Assembly (NCBI GenBank): GCA_965112735.1
Contig: OZ218952.1
Span: 1,798,001 to 1,862,000 of the forward strand
Direction: 5' to 3'
DNA length: 64,000 nucleotides
Source of the DNA: Phaeosaccion multiseriatum
Lineage: Eukaryota; Protista; Ochrophyta, other classes
The notes under the pieces were generated by a model. It did no database searches and was not told the DNA's origin. It was given only the letters and a program-made list of their open reading frames with translations. The stretch's first letter is position 1. Each line of letters opens with the position of its first letter. The translations under genes and the position numbers were made by a program. Shown here piece by piece: positions 13,427 through 25,081 of the stretch.

Positions 13427-14636
13427 TTAGCTATCTCGTTTCAGACTAAACCCTTGTGAGCTGGCATCCTTAGTCTCTATCGTGTAGGGTATCGACGCTC
13501 CGTCGTCTCCTCCAAACTCCGGACAGATGACGCGGTGAGTGCAGGTCCGACACTGGTGCCCCACCTTGGGAGTGAAGTCCTGCCTCTCCTGCATGTCGAC
13601 CATGGCAGCCCACACGTCGAACAATTGCTGCTTGGTCCTTTCCATCACCGCTCTGCAGCGATGGATTGAGTGAATTGATTGAGTGAGTCGTTGACTTTTT
13701 TGGTTTCGTCATCGTCGTGTTGTGCATGCGTGCGTGTGTGTGTGTGTTGAAGTGCCCATTCAATTCGCGTGAGATATACAAGCCAATTGCAGACATCTGC
13801 AGAGGCAAGAAGATCAGATCCATCCATCCCCATACATTCTGCACTCACCGGCTATAGGGGGCGGTCATGGTGCCAACGGGCGATTCCAGGTATATAATGC
13901 GGAGGTCTGTGGGGATGACGCCGAGCTCTCTGTACACGAGCAAACCGTACACCTCCAATTGGAGGAACTGCACAGAGGGGCGGTGGGGGGGGGGGGTAAG
14001 GTTTCTATAGGTGGGAAGAGAGGAGAGGAGAGGAAAACATGGGGAGGGAGGGGGGGGGAGGAAGAAGGGAAGGAGCAGCAGCATAAAGTCTCCGTGGACT
14101 CTGTACCCGATGGCACACATATGCTCCATCACGCACACACACACACACACCTTCTCTTCGATGATCTTTTTGTTGACGTCTGCGGAATTGTTGAGGTGTG
14201 GTTGGCGGCCTGTCTTGTAATCGATGACTCTGAGCTGTCCCGCATTTAATCTTTTGCGTCAAGTGGGTGTCGTGTCGACACGTTTCGGCAATGGGAGGGC
14301 AAAAACCAAACCAAACAGGAGACAGAAAAAGAAGAGAAGATGAGCACGGCAACAGGGAGAAAGATGGAGTGAAAGGAAAGAATAGAATAATGCAACACAC
14401 ACCTCCTCTCACGCCCGCCCAACCGTCCAACCCTCGCACCCCTTGCCGTTCCGCTCTCTGCTCACCGATCAAGCCTGTCGAGGACGCCCACCACAGTCAT
14501 CCGGTCAGGATGGGGCTTGGCTTCTGGACCCTCCACAACTTGCTCATCTGCAGGGGCTTGCCCTTCCCCGTATGGCGCATCATCAGCTCTTGCTGGGCCA
14601 TCTATCCCGCCACCAGTACTACCACTACTATTCGTG

Positions 14637-14668
<32 letters not shown>

Positions 14669-15239
14669 GGTGCTGCTACTGCTGCTGCTACTGCTGGTGC
14701 TGCTACTGCTGGTGATCCCTGTCTTAATACTGTCCACAATTGCAGCATTTTCCTCCTCTGAGGCTCCTCCTGCTGGCACTTTTGGCACCAAAACTGCCCT
14801 CCTGTGTTCCCCGCTACAACTCCTCCCACTACCCGTACCTCCTCCCTTGTCTTTATCTCCGGCTGCTGCTGTTGCATGTTCTGCCACCGCCTCTTGCGAT
14901 ATGTCTCCTTCTCGCCCCCGCTCTTCTTCTCCTCCCCCTTCTCCTCCTGCCTCGTTCGCCTTCTCCCCATTCCGTAAAAAGGTGAATTCCAGCCTCTTCT
15001 CGGTCCACATAGGGTCGGAGCAGAGGGGCTTATCCACGAGGTAGAGATTGATGAGCATCTCCATAGACGTCAGGGCCCACTCTCTCTCTTCTTCCGTAGT
15101 CTCGAATAACTGGATTTCGGGAGGTATCTTCGCCTGTATATGTGTGAGCGTGCGCCAGGCCAAGACACATCCGATAGCAATGAATGGCAAGGTGTACAGG
15201 TTAGCAAGCACGAATCGTAGCAACAGAAAGACGACGACG

Positions 15240-15297
<58 letters not shown>

Positions 15298-16384
15298 GTC
15301 CCCTCAATTGCTGTAAGATTGTGGACTCTTCAGTACTTGCCCTGGCTTTCGTCCACTTGTCTTTGAAGCTCGGAAACAGTAACGGAGGGACCCTCTTTTC
15401 TGGCGGTAGCCCAAACAGCTCCTCGAGCACTTCATGGATCACGATCCCCCGCAGGATCCCTGCGTTGATGGGCGCCCGAATCTTGACCACTGGTGGGTAT
15501 GATGAGGGAGAGAGGAGGATAAGGAGAAGCAAAGGCGTATATCAGTAAGTCAGTCAGTCAGTACTCGTAAGACAACCCCTCGCTCGCTCCTCCTCGCAAA
15601 ACACCCACCTCACGCCTCTCTCCTCACACCTCCCTCCTCCCGCCTTACCTTGCGTATACTCAAACATCTTGGGGCATTGCATGAATTTGACGGCCCCGGA
15701 AGGAGAGATGTGCGTCATCAACTTCCGCTGGCCGACGGGGAGGAAGCGCCGCAGCTGAGACACCGGCAGGAATGGGGGAGGCATTGGCCCCTCCCGCTCT
15801 TGTCTGAGCCTCATTCCTTGCACCCTCTCCCTTTCTATAGTATAGCGCATCGCATTGAATGCCTCCATGCTCACTTCTTCCAGCTCCCAAGGAAGTGAGT
15901 CATCGATTTCCTCCTCCCATTCGTCTTCCCCCTCCCCGTTCTCGCCGCTTTTCATCTCTTGGTACCCCCTAACACCTCCACGTCCACCACCATCACCTCT
16001 CCGTCTCCCCCTTCCTCTCCCTCTCCCTCCCTCCCTCCCTCTCCCTCCTCCCCCCCTCCCTCCCTCCCTCCCTCGTCCCTCTGCGCCTGTCATGTTGCCT
16101 GTCGGCTCGCCACCTGCTTGCCCCTCTCCTCGCGTTACAGCAGCTACAAGAGGCGTCCCGGACTGGCTCGTAAATTGAAAGTTTGGTGTCCTTTTGGGGA
16201 CCAGCTTCCTCTTCCGGCTCTGATACGTTCCTGTTCTTGCTGCAGCTCCTCCTCCTCCTCCTCCACCACCTACTCCTGCTAAAAAAGCTAATTGGGAGGA
16301 TGTACCAGCAGGAGGAGGAGGCATTGAGCCTTGGGCAGCACATCCACACAGCAAAACAGGCGCAATCGCCGTGTGTGGCTTCAT
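13427..16384 (-). CDS. RecB-family / Cas4-like PD-(D/E)XK exonuclease (PDDEXK_1-like) with Fe-S-type cysteines and an N-terminal extension
   Basis: Spliced motifs: ISPSGAVKFMQCP, GIVIHEVLE, TEKRL, GVLDRLD|RLNAGQLRVIDYKTG, FLQLEVY, and C-terminal CRTCTHRVICP. Confidence 0.88.
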
Positions 16385-16515
16385 CGCTTCTTCGATAAGT
16401 TCAATTTTCATGCATGCGACGCCAACCTGTATCACCAACACCTGAGCCTGGCTTGGCGATTGATCATTTTTTTTTTTGAAGAGAAAGAAGAAGTTTTCAG
16501 GCGACAGGCGATACT
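16385..16515. promoter_or_regulatory. Putative bidirectional promoter between the nuclease and PPH genes
   Basis: Only 131 bp separate the divergent ATGs; the spacer contains a poly-T run and the recurrent 13-mer. Confidence 0.6.
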
Positions 16516-19189
16516 ATGCCCTCGCACAGGAGCACTGCCGGTAGCGTCACACTGTCAGTGCTCCTCCTCGCTTCCTTGACGCAGTCCTTCTGCCCTCCAC
16601 CCCTCCACGATCACCAGCTTGGGAGATCGAGGCTGGAGCGGCGTAAGGGCTCGCTTCACAGTGACACTGAGGCAGCACAGGCATCCGAGCTGCAGCAGCA
16701 GGGAGCGCCTCACAGTGAGAATGAGAAGAGGTGGAACTTTCGGGGCAAATGGAGCGTGTTCTACCGGGAAGAGGGCTCCCCTGACAAACCCGCTCTGCTC
16801 TTGCTGCCAGGCTTCGGTGTGGGGACATTCCACTTCGAAAAAAACCTTTCAATCGTAAGTGATATGTGAGGGTGCTCGTCTCCTCTTCTTAGAAGGAACC
16901 GAAAGGCGCATCGCTGCTAACCTCTGTCCTTCTCAGCTTGCTCTTTCCTTCGCGCTGGTTCCCCACAACCACAGCTCAAAGAAACGCACCAAGTGTACAC
17001 CCTCGATTTCCTGGGACAAGGCAAGTAAAGCAGGACGATGCAGATCGAAGGTTACTCACGCATACAGGCACTACCCACCTACATACCTTCATTCGGTCTC
17101 GCGTCCTCCACTTTGGGGGAAGCTGCTGATGTCCTCTTTCCTTCCCCCTCTGAAAACTTCTCTGCGCCTCCGGCTTACGGCCGATGAATAACTCCCGCAA
17201 GTAATGCACATACCCACACGCTCCACCACCGCAGGCAAGAGCTGGCCGCACGTGCCGCCCACTGCCGAGGATGGCCTGAGCTTCAGCGTGGACATGTGGA
17301 GGGAGCAAGTGTCAGCCTTCCTCGAGGAGGTCGTCAAGGTATAAGGATGGAGGCGAGGACGAGGGGATGGTGGATAGGGAGGACGGGTGTTGCAATAGCT
17401 CCGATGTCTTTTTATTTCCTTGTAAACACAGCCAGTGGCAGGCAAGGAAGGGGCGCATAACCGAGCCCCGGGCCCCCTTCTTTCCACAGCCCCTCTCCCT
17501 CAGGCGCATGTCCAACAAGCCTGTGGGGATGGCTCCGAATGTCATTCGTGGTGGAGTCGGCCGCAACACTTGGACTCTATACGATACTCTGTTCTGGACT
17601 GACATGAAACGCATATGCACCACTTCCCCCTTCCCTCCCTCCCTTGGCCCAGAGACCAGCGTACTTGGCGGGAAATTCCTTGGGGGGTTACCTGAGTGTG
17701 TACGTCGGCGCTGTTACTCCAGTGAGTGTGTGAAAGAAGCGCGGAAAAGACGCGAAGGACAGGAACCATACACGCTGACCCCTTCCCTCTTGCTCTGTTC
17801 ATGAACCCCTGTCTGTGCACGGAGCAATCGAGTACACAGGATTGTCTTTCACTCTTTTCCTCTCTTGTGTTGACCCATGGACTCTACCGGTTTGCGACCC
17901 CCTCCCCCTCCCGGTCGTCTTGTCTGACCGCCTCTTCCCTCGTCCCTCGTCCTCCTGCTTGCTTTCCAGGATCTCGTTAAGGGTATCGTTCTTCTTAATG
18001 CCACTCCCTTCTGGGCCTTTAACCCCTCCACTAAGCCTCTCTTGTGGGATGGCACCTTGCCGGCGCCAAAGAGCTTGTTCACGCTCGGCTCTTTCTACTT
18101 CGACATTATGCGGAAGGAGACTACGGTCAAGGTGAGTAGAGCAGGAACTTTGGGGGGCGGGGGTGGGGAGAGATGGGCCAACACACGCATGTGGTGTCTG
18201 CTTCAAACACGCCCCCCCTCCTCCCTCTTTGACTTGACTCTCGTATTTGTTTGTCCCACACAGACAATGCTGGGCGCCGTGTACGCCAACAAAGCGAGTG
18301 TGGATGACCAACTCGTTGAGGACATCATCGCCGGTACCACAAGAGGCGCTTCTAACCATGTGAGTGCACTTTTGCGTGTTAGAACGCTCCTCAAGACCAG
18401 ATGCAACCCTTTTTTTATCTCGGCCACAGCACGAGTATCCCAGTTGCTGCTGTTTGAGTCCCGACACCAACCCTTGCTCTGCTACGGTCCTGCGCCGCTC
18501 TCTCTGCCCCTCACTCTCCCCCCCCCCCCTCTTCTCTCCCTCTCTCCTCTCTCCCCGTCCCTCTTTCTACCCCGCTGCCCCTCTGACACAGGACTATGGC
18601 GTGGGCGGGCATGAGACGTTCACGAGCATCTTGTTTAGTCCCAAGGCGGGGCTGAGCTTCGAAGAGATGCTTACTCGCCTTACCTGTCCCGTCGCTTTGG
18701 TGTATGGCAAAGAAGACCCCTGGATCGTACCATGTGCGTGCGTGAGTAGCAGCAAGGGGGAGGGGAAGACAGGAGAGGAAAGGGAGGATGGAAAAAAAGG
18801 GGCGGGGGGGGGGGGGGAGGGGGCGAGGAGAAGGGATGTTGAAGCCGAGGGAGACCAATTAGGAATAAGGGACGGACCCCCTGGGAAGGCCCTATGCTTT
18901 GATATCTTGTTATGTCTTGCTTGAGCACGAGTGGTCTCCCCCGACCCTCTGAAGCCTTCAGAAAGCCATCTCACGTCCTCTTGTTGCTTCGTGTTACCCT
19001 GCCGGCTGGTTGTATGTATGCATGCCCTCTTTGAATCAATCCATTTGTTGTTGCAGTGTGGGCGCAGAAGGTGAAACGGCTTCTGCCGGAGGTCCTCTAT
19101 TATCAAATATCGCCATCGGGGCACTGTCCACATCACGGTGAGAAGGCGATTGACAATTCACTCTCGAGTCTTATCTGTCTATATCTCTC

Positions 19190-19238
<49 letters not shown>

Positions 19239-19489
19239 ATATCTATCGATCCCCTTCCTTCTTTGGCTGTACATCCAGGACACACGACATACGAATACAT
19301 GTACTCGTGCCCGAGCTTGCCCTCACTCTCGACCCAACATTTGCATCCCTCTCCTCTTACCCTCCTCCTGTCCCCTCCTCTCCTCGCCACAGAGACGCCC
19401 GCCGCAGTGAATGCCCTAATCTCGGGCTGGATTGCCCATGTCGAGGGGGGCTCTCCGGCTCCTCTCACCACCTCATCAAGCAGCAACAG

Positions 19490-19524
<35 letters not shown>

Positions 19525-19736
19525 GTAGAAACAGCAGTGGCAGTGGCATGGAGCGAGGCCTCAAGCCCGGCGAGGAGCCCTGCCTTCGCATGATGGAGAG
19601 CGCGGGCGATGGAGAGCAGGAGGTGGAGGTTCGGCTCATGGACGGGTCACCAAGAACCCTCTTGGAAAAGTTCGACCTCTGGTGGTGGCAAGTGAATCGC
19701 GGCGAGGGCGCAGACGTCAAAGGCGCCGCTCCCTAA
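16516..19736 (+). CDS. PPH: Pheophytinase-like alpha/beta hydrolase with a bipartite plastid-targeting presequence
   Basis: LPGFGVGTFHFEK, DFLGQ|GKS, nucleophile motif GNSLGGY, LNATPFW, YGKEDPW and YYQISPSGHCPHH|E match plant PPH motifs. The signal peptide ends TQS-FCP (ASAFAP-like). Confidence 0.88.
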
Positions 19737-20510
19737 GGTTGTCCGTCTCCTTTTGCTTTCTTTTCTTATGATTTTCGCTCTTTCGTAACCTCATGCTCGG
19801 GAGACTGTACTGTAGTAGCACAGTGTACATAAAAAACACGCATAGGGTAGGATTACGTTATGTTATATGGAATTTAAAAGTACCAAGGGATCAGAGATTG
19901 AGCTTTTCCCTTCGCGTCGTAGTGGCGCTTGCTGCATAATTTCGCTAGAATACTAACCATAACATTGCATTGCTGATGCATACTATGAGGAGGTTGAGCT
20001 CACAAAAGTCGCGTAAGGCAAGGGCTCGCACACTCCAACGTGACCCCGCCCATCACGGGGAGCGCTCAAAGACACGACGAAAAAGTCCGCAGGGCTTAAT
20101 CTCGGGACAGAAGTGCGGGCCTCGCCCATGCAGCAGCATTGCGCGAACCCCCCTTTCGCTTCTCTGCTCCAGCTCCTCGGCGTGGGTCAGAAGCGAGAAC
20201 AGGCCGCGAGAATGTGCAAGGCGTCGAATTGCTCCTGGTCTGCAAGGTCCACGCCACCACCACGCCACCTCTCACACACATCTGTACGACACTTCCAACA
20301 GCTTTGGGTCGAGCGCGGGAGGAGGAGCGGCCATGCACCTGCGCATTTCTACCGCTGCCTCCAATGCCATGATGCGGAAGCGTTGCACCAGGCGCTGTGT
20401 GTGTGCGCATGTGTGCGCTCTTGTCGCACCTACAACGTCAGCGGTGGACAACGCTTCGTTATCGATTGTAAGCTCGTAAGTTGAGCGGACACGGCCTCCA
20501 AGCCGGGCAG

Positions 20511-21290
20511 GCCCCCTCGGCCGATGTCTGGGCCGGTGGAGGAGGAGTCCTCGACATCTCGCTAGCGGATGGGCACGGTAGCACAGCAGGGGAAGAGCAT
20601 GCCCCCTCCTCTGCAGGCAGCCTTCACTACAGTGATGATCGGAGAACTTACGCTGAGATCACCTCCCAGGAGCTGTCCGAAGCACTCGAGGGGTTCCGCC
20701 ATAGCATTGGTACCAAAGCCTCCCTCACTGTCGACGAGATCCACCCCCGGGTAGAACAGTTCGGTGACGCTTCCTCCGCTGAGTTCAATCACGCTCGCCC
20801 TTTGCGCCCTTGTCCGCCAATTGTCGCGGGGTACTCCCTCATCTTATGCTCACGCAAGAGAGAGCGGGTGGAGGTGGGGACGAAGGTGATACTCGCCCAC
20901 TCATGCAGAGACTGCGGGTGGGGGTGGGGATAGAGGAGATGCCTCTCCCACCCACTCGCAGCGCCGAAATGCAACCGGCATTTCGGCGTTGCTCTCTCAT
21001 GCACTTGCGTTCGCAGTGATCATGTTGGCAATGTCGCCATTGATCACCGTCGAGTAGCTCCCTCTGAGAAAGGATCACGCCGTGCTCCTCCTTCACCCGG
21101 TGCACACCAGCTCCAGTGACCTTAGGGCGTCCAGCGAAGCACCTCACGCGCCTCTCTCTTGCTTTTGCTCGCATTCCTCCAAGCTGGCCGGAGAGCCGAC
21201 GAATGCCAGGGGTCGCTTCATGCCTGTGGAGCCATGGGCAGATTCAGGCACAGAGCATCGCTCCCGTGCCTCCGATTGAGCTCATTTCAG
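20511..21290 (+). pseudogene. Decayed coding-like segment in the left outer arm; diverged mirror copy at ~29740-30480 (-)
   Basis: Both arms share peptide-like frames (ELSEALEGFR(H/Y)SIGTKA(S/P)(L/F)TVDEIHP; ARGRFMPVEPWADSG) interrupted by stops and indels. Family not recognised. Confidence 0.3.
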
Positions 21291-21699
21291 GCCCAAGAGA
21301 GCGGAGGAGCGGAGGAGCAGAGGATATAATAAAGCACCACCTCATGAACCTGTGATTCGTTGGGCGTTGGGTGCCATCCCAGCAAAGATCCACACACCCT
21401 GACCAATTCGGCCTCGGCCAGACTTCCTCCTTTCCTGTGTTGTAGCCAGGCAGGAGGCTCTGCTGGTAGCAGATATGGAAGGTGAGAGGGAGAGACAGAG
21501 TGGAGGGATGGGTAAGTCTAATCACTGACCGGGGAGCGCCACTTGAGCAGGTTTGCATCCAGCCAGCTGACATTTGTTGAGATTGGACACGATTCCGCTC
21601 TCTTTGATGGCTTGTATTCCAACGTAAGAACACGGGCTAACTTACACAGGATGCGCATCGCTGAGGCACAGCGCGCATAACACCTACGCCTCGCCCACC

Positions 21700-22277
21700 A
21701 TGACTCACATACTCGAGCGCTGCTTCCCCTCCCTTCCGCACCCTCTACACACTGACTGGCAGTACCTCCAGCAGCACCAGTCGAAGCAGCAGCAGCACCA
21801 GCAGCACCAGTCGCAGTGTCAGCACTACCCGCAGCAGAGGAGTACCTACCCGCGCCACGTCTATCTTGCGCCACCGCAGCTCGTGGTCACCGATGACCTG
21901 CTCTTCGCTCCTCCTCATGCCCCCTTCCCCGCGGAGGGCGTGCGTGAGCAGCGGGGTGGCGCTCGGTCCACGGCCCAAGGTCTTGGGCGTCGCCGCCATG
22001 ACTCGAGTCGTCAGAGCGGATACCAAGCACCAGCCCGCTCTCTCCACCACAGGGAAGCGACACACAACGCCGCAGCCCGAAAGGTGAGCCTATTGAAATG
22101 CTGTGAGCCGTCGTCACAATCTCGCTGCCCGCTGCTGCCCGTCATTTTCGAAAGTTGATACATCATATGCCTTGTCCCCCCAGCTGCCGGCTGCTGCCCG
22201 TCATTTTCGAAAGGAGATACATCATATGCATATGATTCTCTCTTTCTCTCGCTCTCTCTCTCTCTCTCTCTTCTCTT

Positions 22278-22316
<39 letters not shown>

Positions 22317-23870
22317 ATCCCTGCAGAAGACCGAAGTGTGTTCGAGCTGGGTCAAGGGCTCGTGTCGGTTCGGAGGTACGCAGTGTCAGCGCTTGACCCC
22401 TTCGCATCATCTGTCCCCCGGCTTTTATTTTGACGCACCCACCCTTTTGTTGCTGTCTCTTTCCTTCGTAGAGGAGTGCGACTTCGCTCATGGGCGCAAC
22501 GATCTCAGGGTCGTTCCCCTGCTGGATCGGTGAGTAGCGTTGTGGTGACCTTGTTCTCCGTCGAAGGCCACAGCTCCTCCCTCGTCTGTTGGTCTCCTTC
22601 TCGCGCTGTTCCTCACCCCCTTTTTGACGCACTCCCGCCCTGCCCCTCCACCCCCCCGTCCTTCTGGTTTTGTCTGCGACAACAGACAGAAAGCCGGAGT
22701 CATTCCCAATGCACAGCGCTTCCGCAGCAACCTCTGCGTGGTGAGTGGAAGTGGGCCAGGCCCTTGTCCGCCCCTCATGCCTCCCTGCGTGTGTTGCCCG
22801 TTCCAAGACGACAGAATGGCTTCCCTGTCCTCACTGTGGGCCTGCCCCCCCCCCTTTCCCTGTACTGCTTGCTGCAGACATACGTGGCGTGCGGTGCCTG
22901 CCCCTACCAGGAGCGCTGCATCTTCATCCACGACGATCGAGTGGCAGGACGCACCAAGGCCAAGGTCAGGGCCGACACGTGCCGCCCATCTCTGTCGCGG
23001 GAGGGTAAGTCCAGCAAGGGCGTGTTCTAATGGCCGCCTCTCTCGCCGCCCTCCAAACACGGCAGCAAGCCCGCGCACCACGGAAGAGCCTCCTCCCCCT
23101 CCGTCTCGGCGGGTGGGCACCGCTACAACCTGTCGGCTGACCACGTGGCGGACTCCTCCCCGGTGATGCGGCGTAGCTCCTACCTCGCCGTCGCCGTCAT
23201 GCCCTTGTGGGGGTCTTTTCTGAGGAACTGCGGAGGACTCGACACCGACTTTGTTCAGCCATCCCACCAACAGCAGGGCGACGAGTGCAGGGAAGACACG
23301 GCTGTGAGTGTCGGAGAGGAGGCCATTGCCTTCCCGCGCCTCGATGTGTTCCTTCGCATGGCCGCAGGCTCGGACGCCTCGGACCACCGTCAGGACGGAG
23401 GGGCGCTGGGGGAAGGAGCGACAGAGGATGATGGGGCATGGGAGACGGAGCTGCGGCTGCTGCTCACGCAGGGCGATGGCCTCGTCTGGAAGGGAGCATC
23501 GTGCAAGGGGCCTAGTTCAAACTATTCCACGCCGCCTCCCTCGCCATTCGCCGACAACGACACTAGCTCCACTTACTCGAGTGCGCCTCCCTCGCCCACG
23601 GATTCGCTGGACCTCTCTTCACTACGGCGGTGGTCGTGCGGCAGCGACAACTTGGCGGAGGAGACGGAGGAGGGACTGCTTGACGTCGAACAAGACGGCG
23701 TACTTTCGCCTGCGTCCATCTTTGCGGCGGAGCAAGGCATGGAGGTCTGCGAGGCGCAGCAGCAGGAGGAAGAGGAGCAGGGGTGGTTCGGGGACGACAA
23801 CATTCTCACCACCACCACCACCACCACCATGGACGGATACCACCAAGTCATCCACGTGTTCGGCGCATAG
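21700..23870 (+). pseudogene. Tandem CCCH zinc-finger (TIS11/tristetraprolin-like) gene, copy A, with a premature TAA at 23028-23030 after both fingers
   Basis: Exons 21700-22083, 22327-22375, 22472-22529, 22686-22740 and 22878-23870 give KTEVCSSWVKGSCRFG|EECDFAHGRNDLR and NLCV|TYVACGACPYQERCIFIH. TTC TAA here corresponds to TTC TAC in copy B. Confidence 0.8.
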
Positions 23871-24169
23871 ACACGCAGCGCGCGAGCGCAGATTTTTCCA
23901 AGAGCACCGGGCACCCAGAGGAGGTGAGGAATGGACTCTTTGGCCACACACTCGCAAGACATGAGAAATGTGAGCAGTTGTTTCATACAGTCCGTAGTAG
24001 GACGCCAATTGCGACGCAAATTTTACCAAGAGCACCGCGGCACCCAGAGGAGGCGAAGAGCCTCGTCTGTTTTAGGCCTCTTGGCTTGTTTCGCAAGAAA
24101 AAGAGAGAGATGAAGAGAGGCGTATATGACATGTTGTGTACAGCCCATCTAGGTTTTAAGTAAAAGGGA

Positions 24170-24278
24170 AAGGCAGTTTTGAAAGAGGGGTTGCCAACAA
24201 GAAGGCGGTTTTGGAAGAGGGGTTGCAGTTTTGAAAGAGGGGTTACCAACAGGGAGGCAGTTTGGGAGGAGGGTTATC
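24170..24278 (+). repeat. About 4 imperfect tandem units with core GCAGTTTTGAAAGAGGGGTT; mirror copy at 26851-26959
   Basis: Directly visible. Confidence 0.85.
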
Positions 24279-24479
24279 TTCGACTCGGTAGGGAGTTGCG
24301 CGACGGAAAGCAAGATAAGCTCATCGTGGGGGGCTTCACATCAATAGTACCATTAAAAAAGCTATAATTTAATACTAGTGAATAGATTTTTTACATCTGT
24401 CCTACTTCATTTACATCGAGTCGAGCTTTATGCATTCCCCCCTACCCCATCCTCCTCTACAAGCAAAGCTCCAATCCCC

Positions 24480-24977
24480 TCACTGGATGGTAATGGTCCT
24501 GGGCTTCATCTTGGGCACCGCGACGCTCAGAGCCTCCGGCTCTCCCTCGCCCGCCTGTCCCTGCACGAAGCACGCGCTGATGGCCCCCACGTCGGCGTCC
24601 TTGGCGAGCCTGAGGCGGCGCTCTCTGGACCTCACCGCCGCACCCTGCCCCTCCTCGCCCTCCACCTTCGCAGCTGCAATCTCCTTGTTGTCACTCCTTC
24701 CGGAGTCTGCACCAAAAAACTGCACAAAATCTCGGCCCAGTGTCTCTGCGTCACCCTTCACCCTATGGAGGCCATACAAGGCCTCCATCTTCTTCACCTG
24801 GGCGGCAACATCGGCGAGCAAGGTTCTTGTGTCGGGCAGCTTCGCTCCTCCCTGCTTGCCGCGACGCTCCTTACTCCCGACTGCGCCACGCCTGCGCGTA
24901 TAGTGATCCGTCAAGGACAGAACAATCTCGGCCTGCGCAAGGTGCAGCGCCGCCAACTCACTGAGCCCCCCTTGCAC
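24480..24977 (-). CDS. Orphan terminal exon with a C-terminus resembling an HSP20/alpha-crystallin domain (left-arm copy)
   Basis: A (CA)n-GCAG acceptor is followed by an open frame ending RLRLAKDADVGAISACF...LSVAVPKMKPRTITIQ*, similar to the sHSP pattern F-x-LP-x-x-(A/V)D-x-x-x-I-x-A...L-x-V-x-VPK...I-x-I. Confidence 0.45.
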   Translation of the reverse strand: MQGGLSELAALHLAQAEIVLSLTDHYTRRRGAVGSKERRGKQGGAKLPDTRTLLADVAAQVKKMEALYGLHRVKGDAETLGRDFVQFFGADSGRSDNKEIAAAKVEGEEGQGAAVRSRERRLRLAKDADVGAISACFVQGQAGEGEPEALSVAVPKMKPRTITIQ

Positions 24978-25081
24978 CTGCGTGTGTGTGTGTGTGTGTG
25001 TGCGTGCGGGACAGATGGGTCGGGGTGGAGACAAGAAGGGAACACAGGCAATGAGCTTTTGGAGGAGCAAGGAAAGAACCC

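Noticed and set aside
13427-16384. Calling the nuclease cas4
   Set aside because: The motifs are shared across the RecB-like PD-(D/E)XK family, and there is no CRISPR context.
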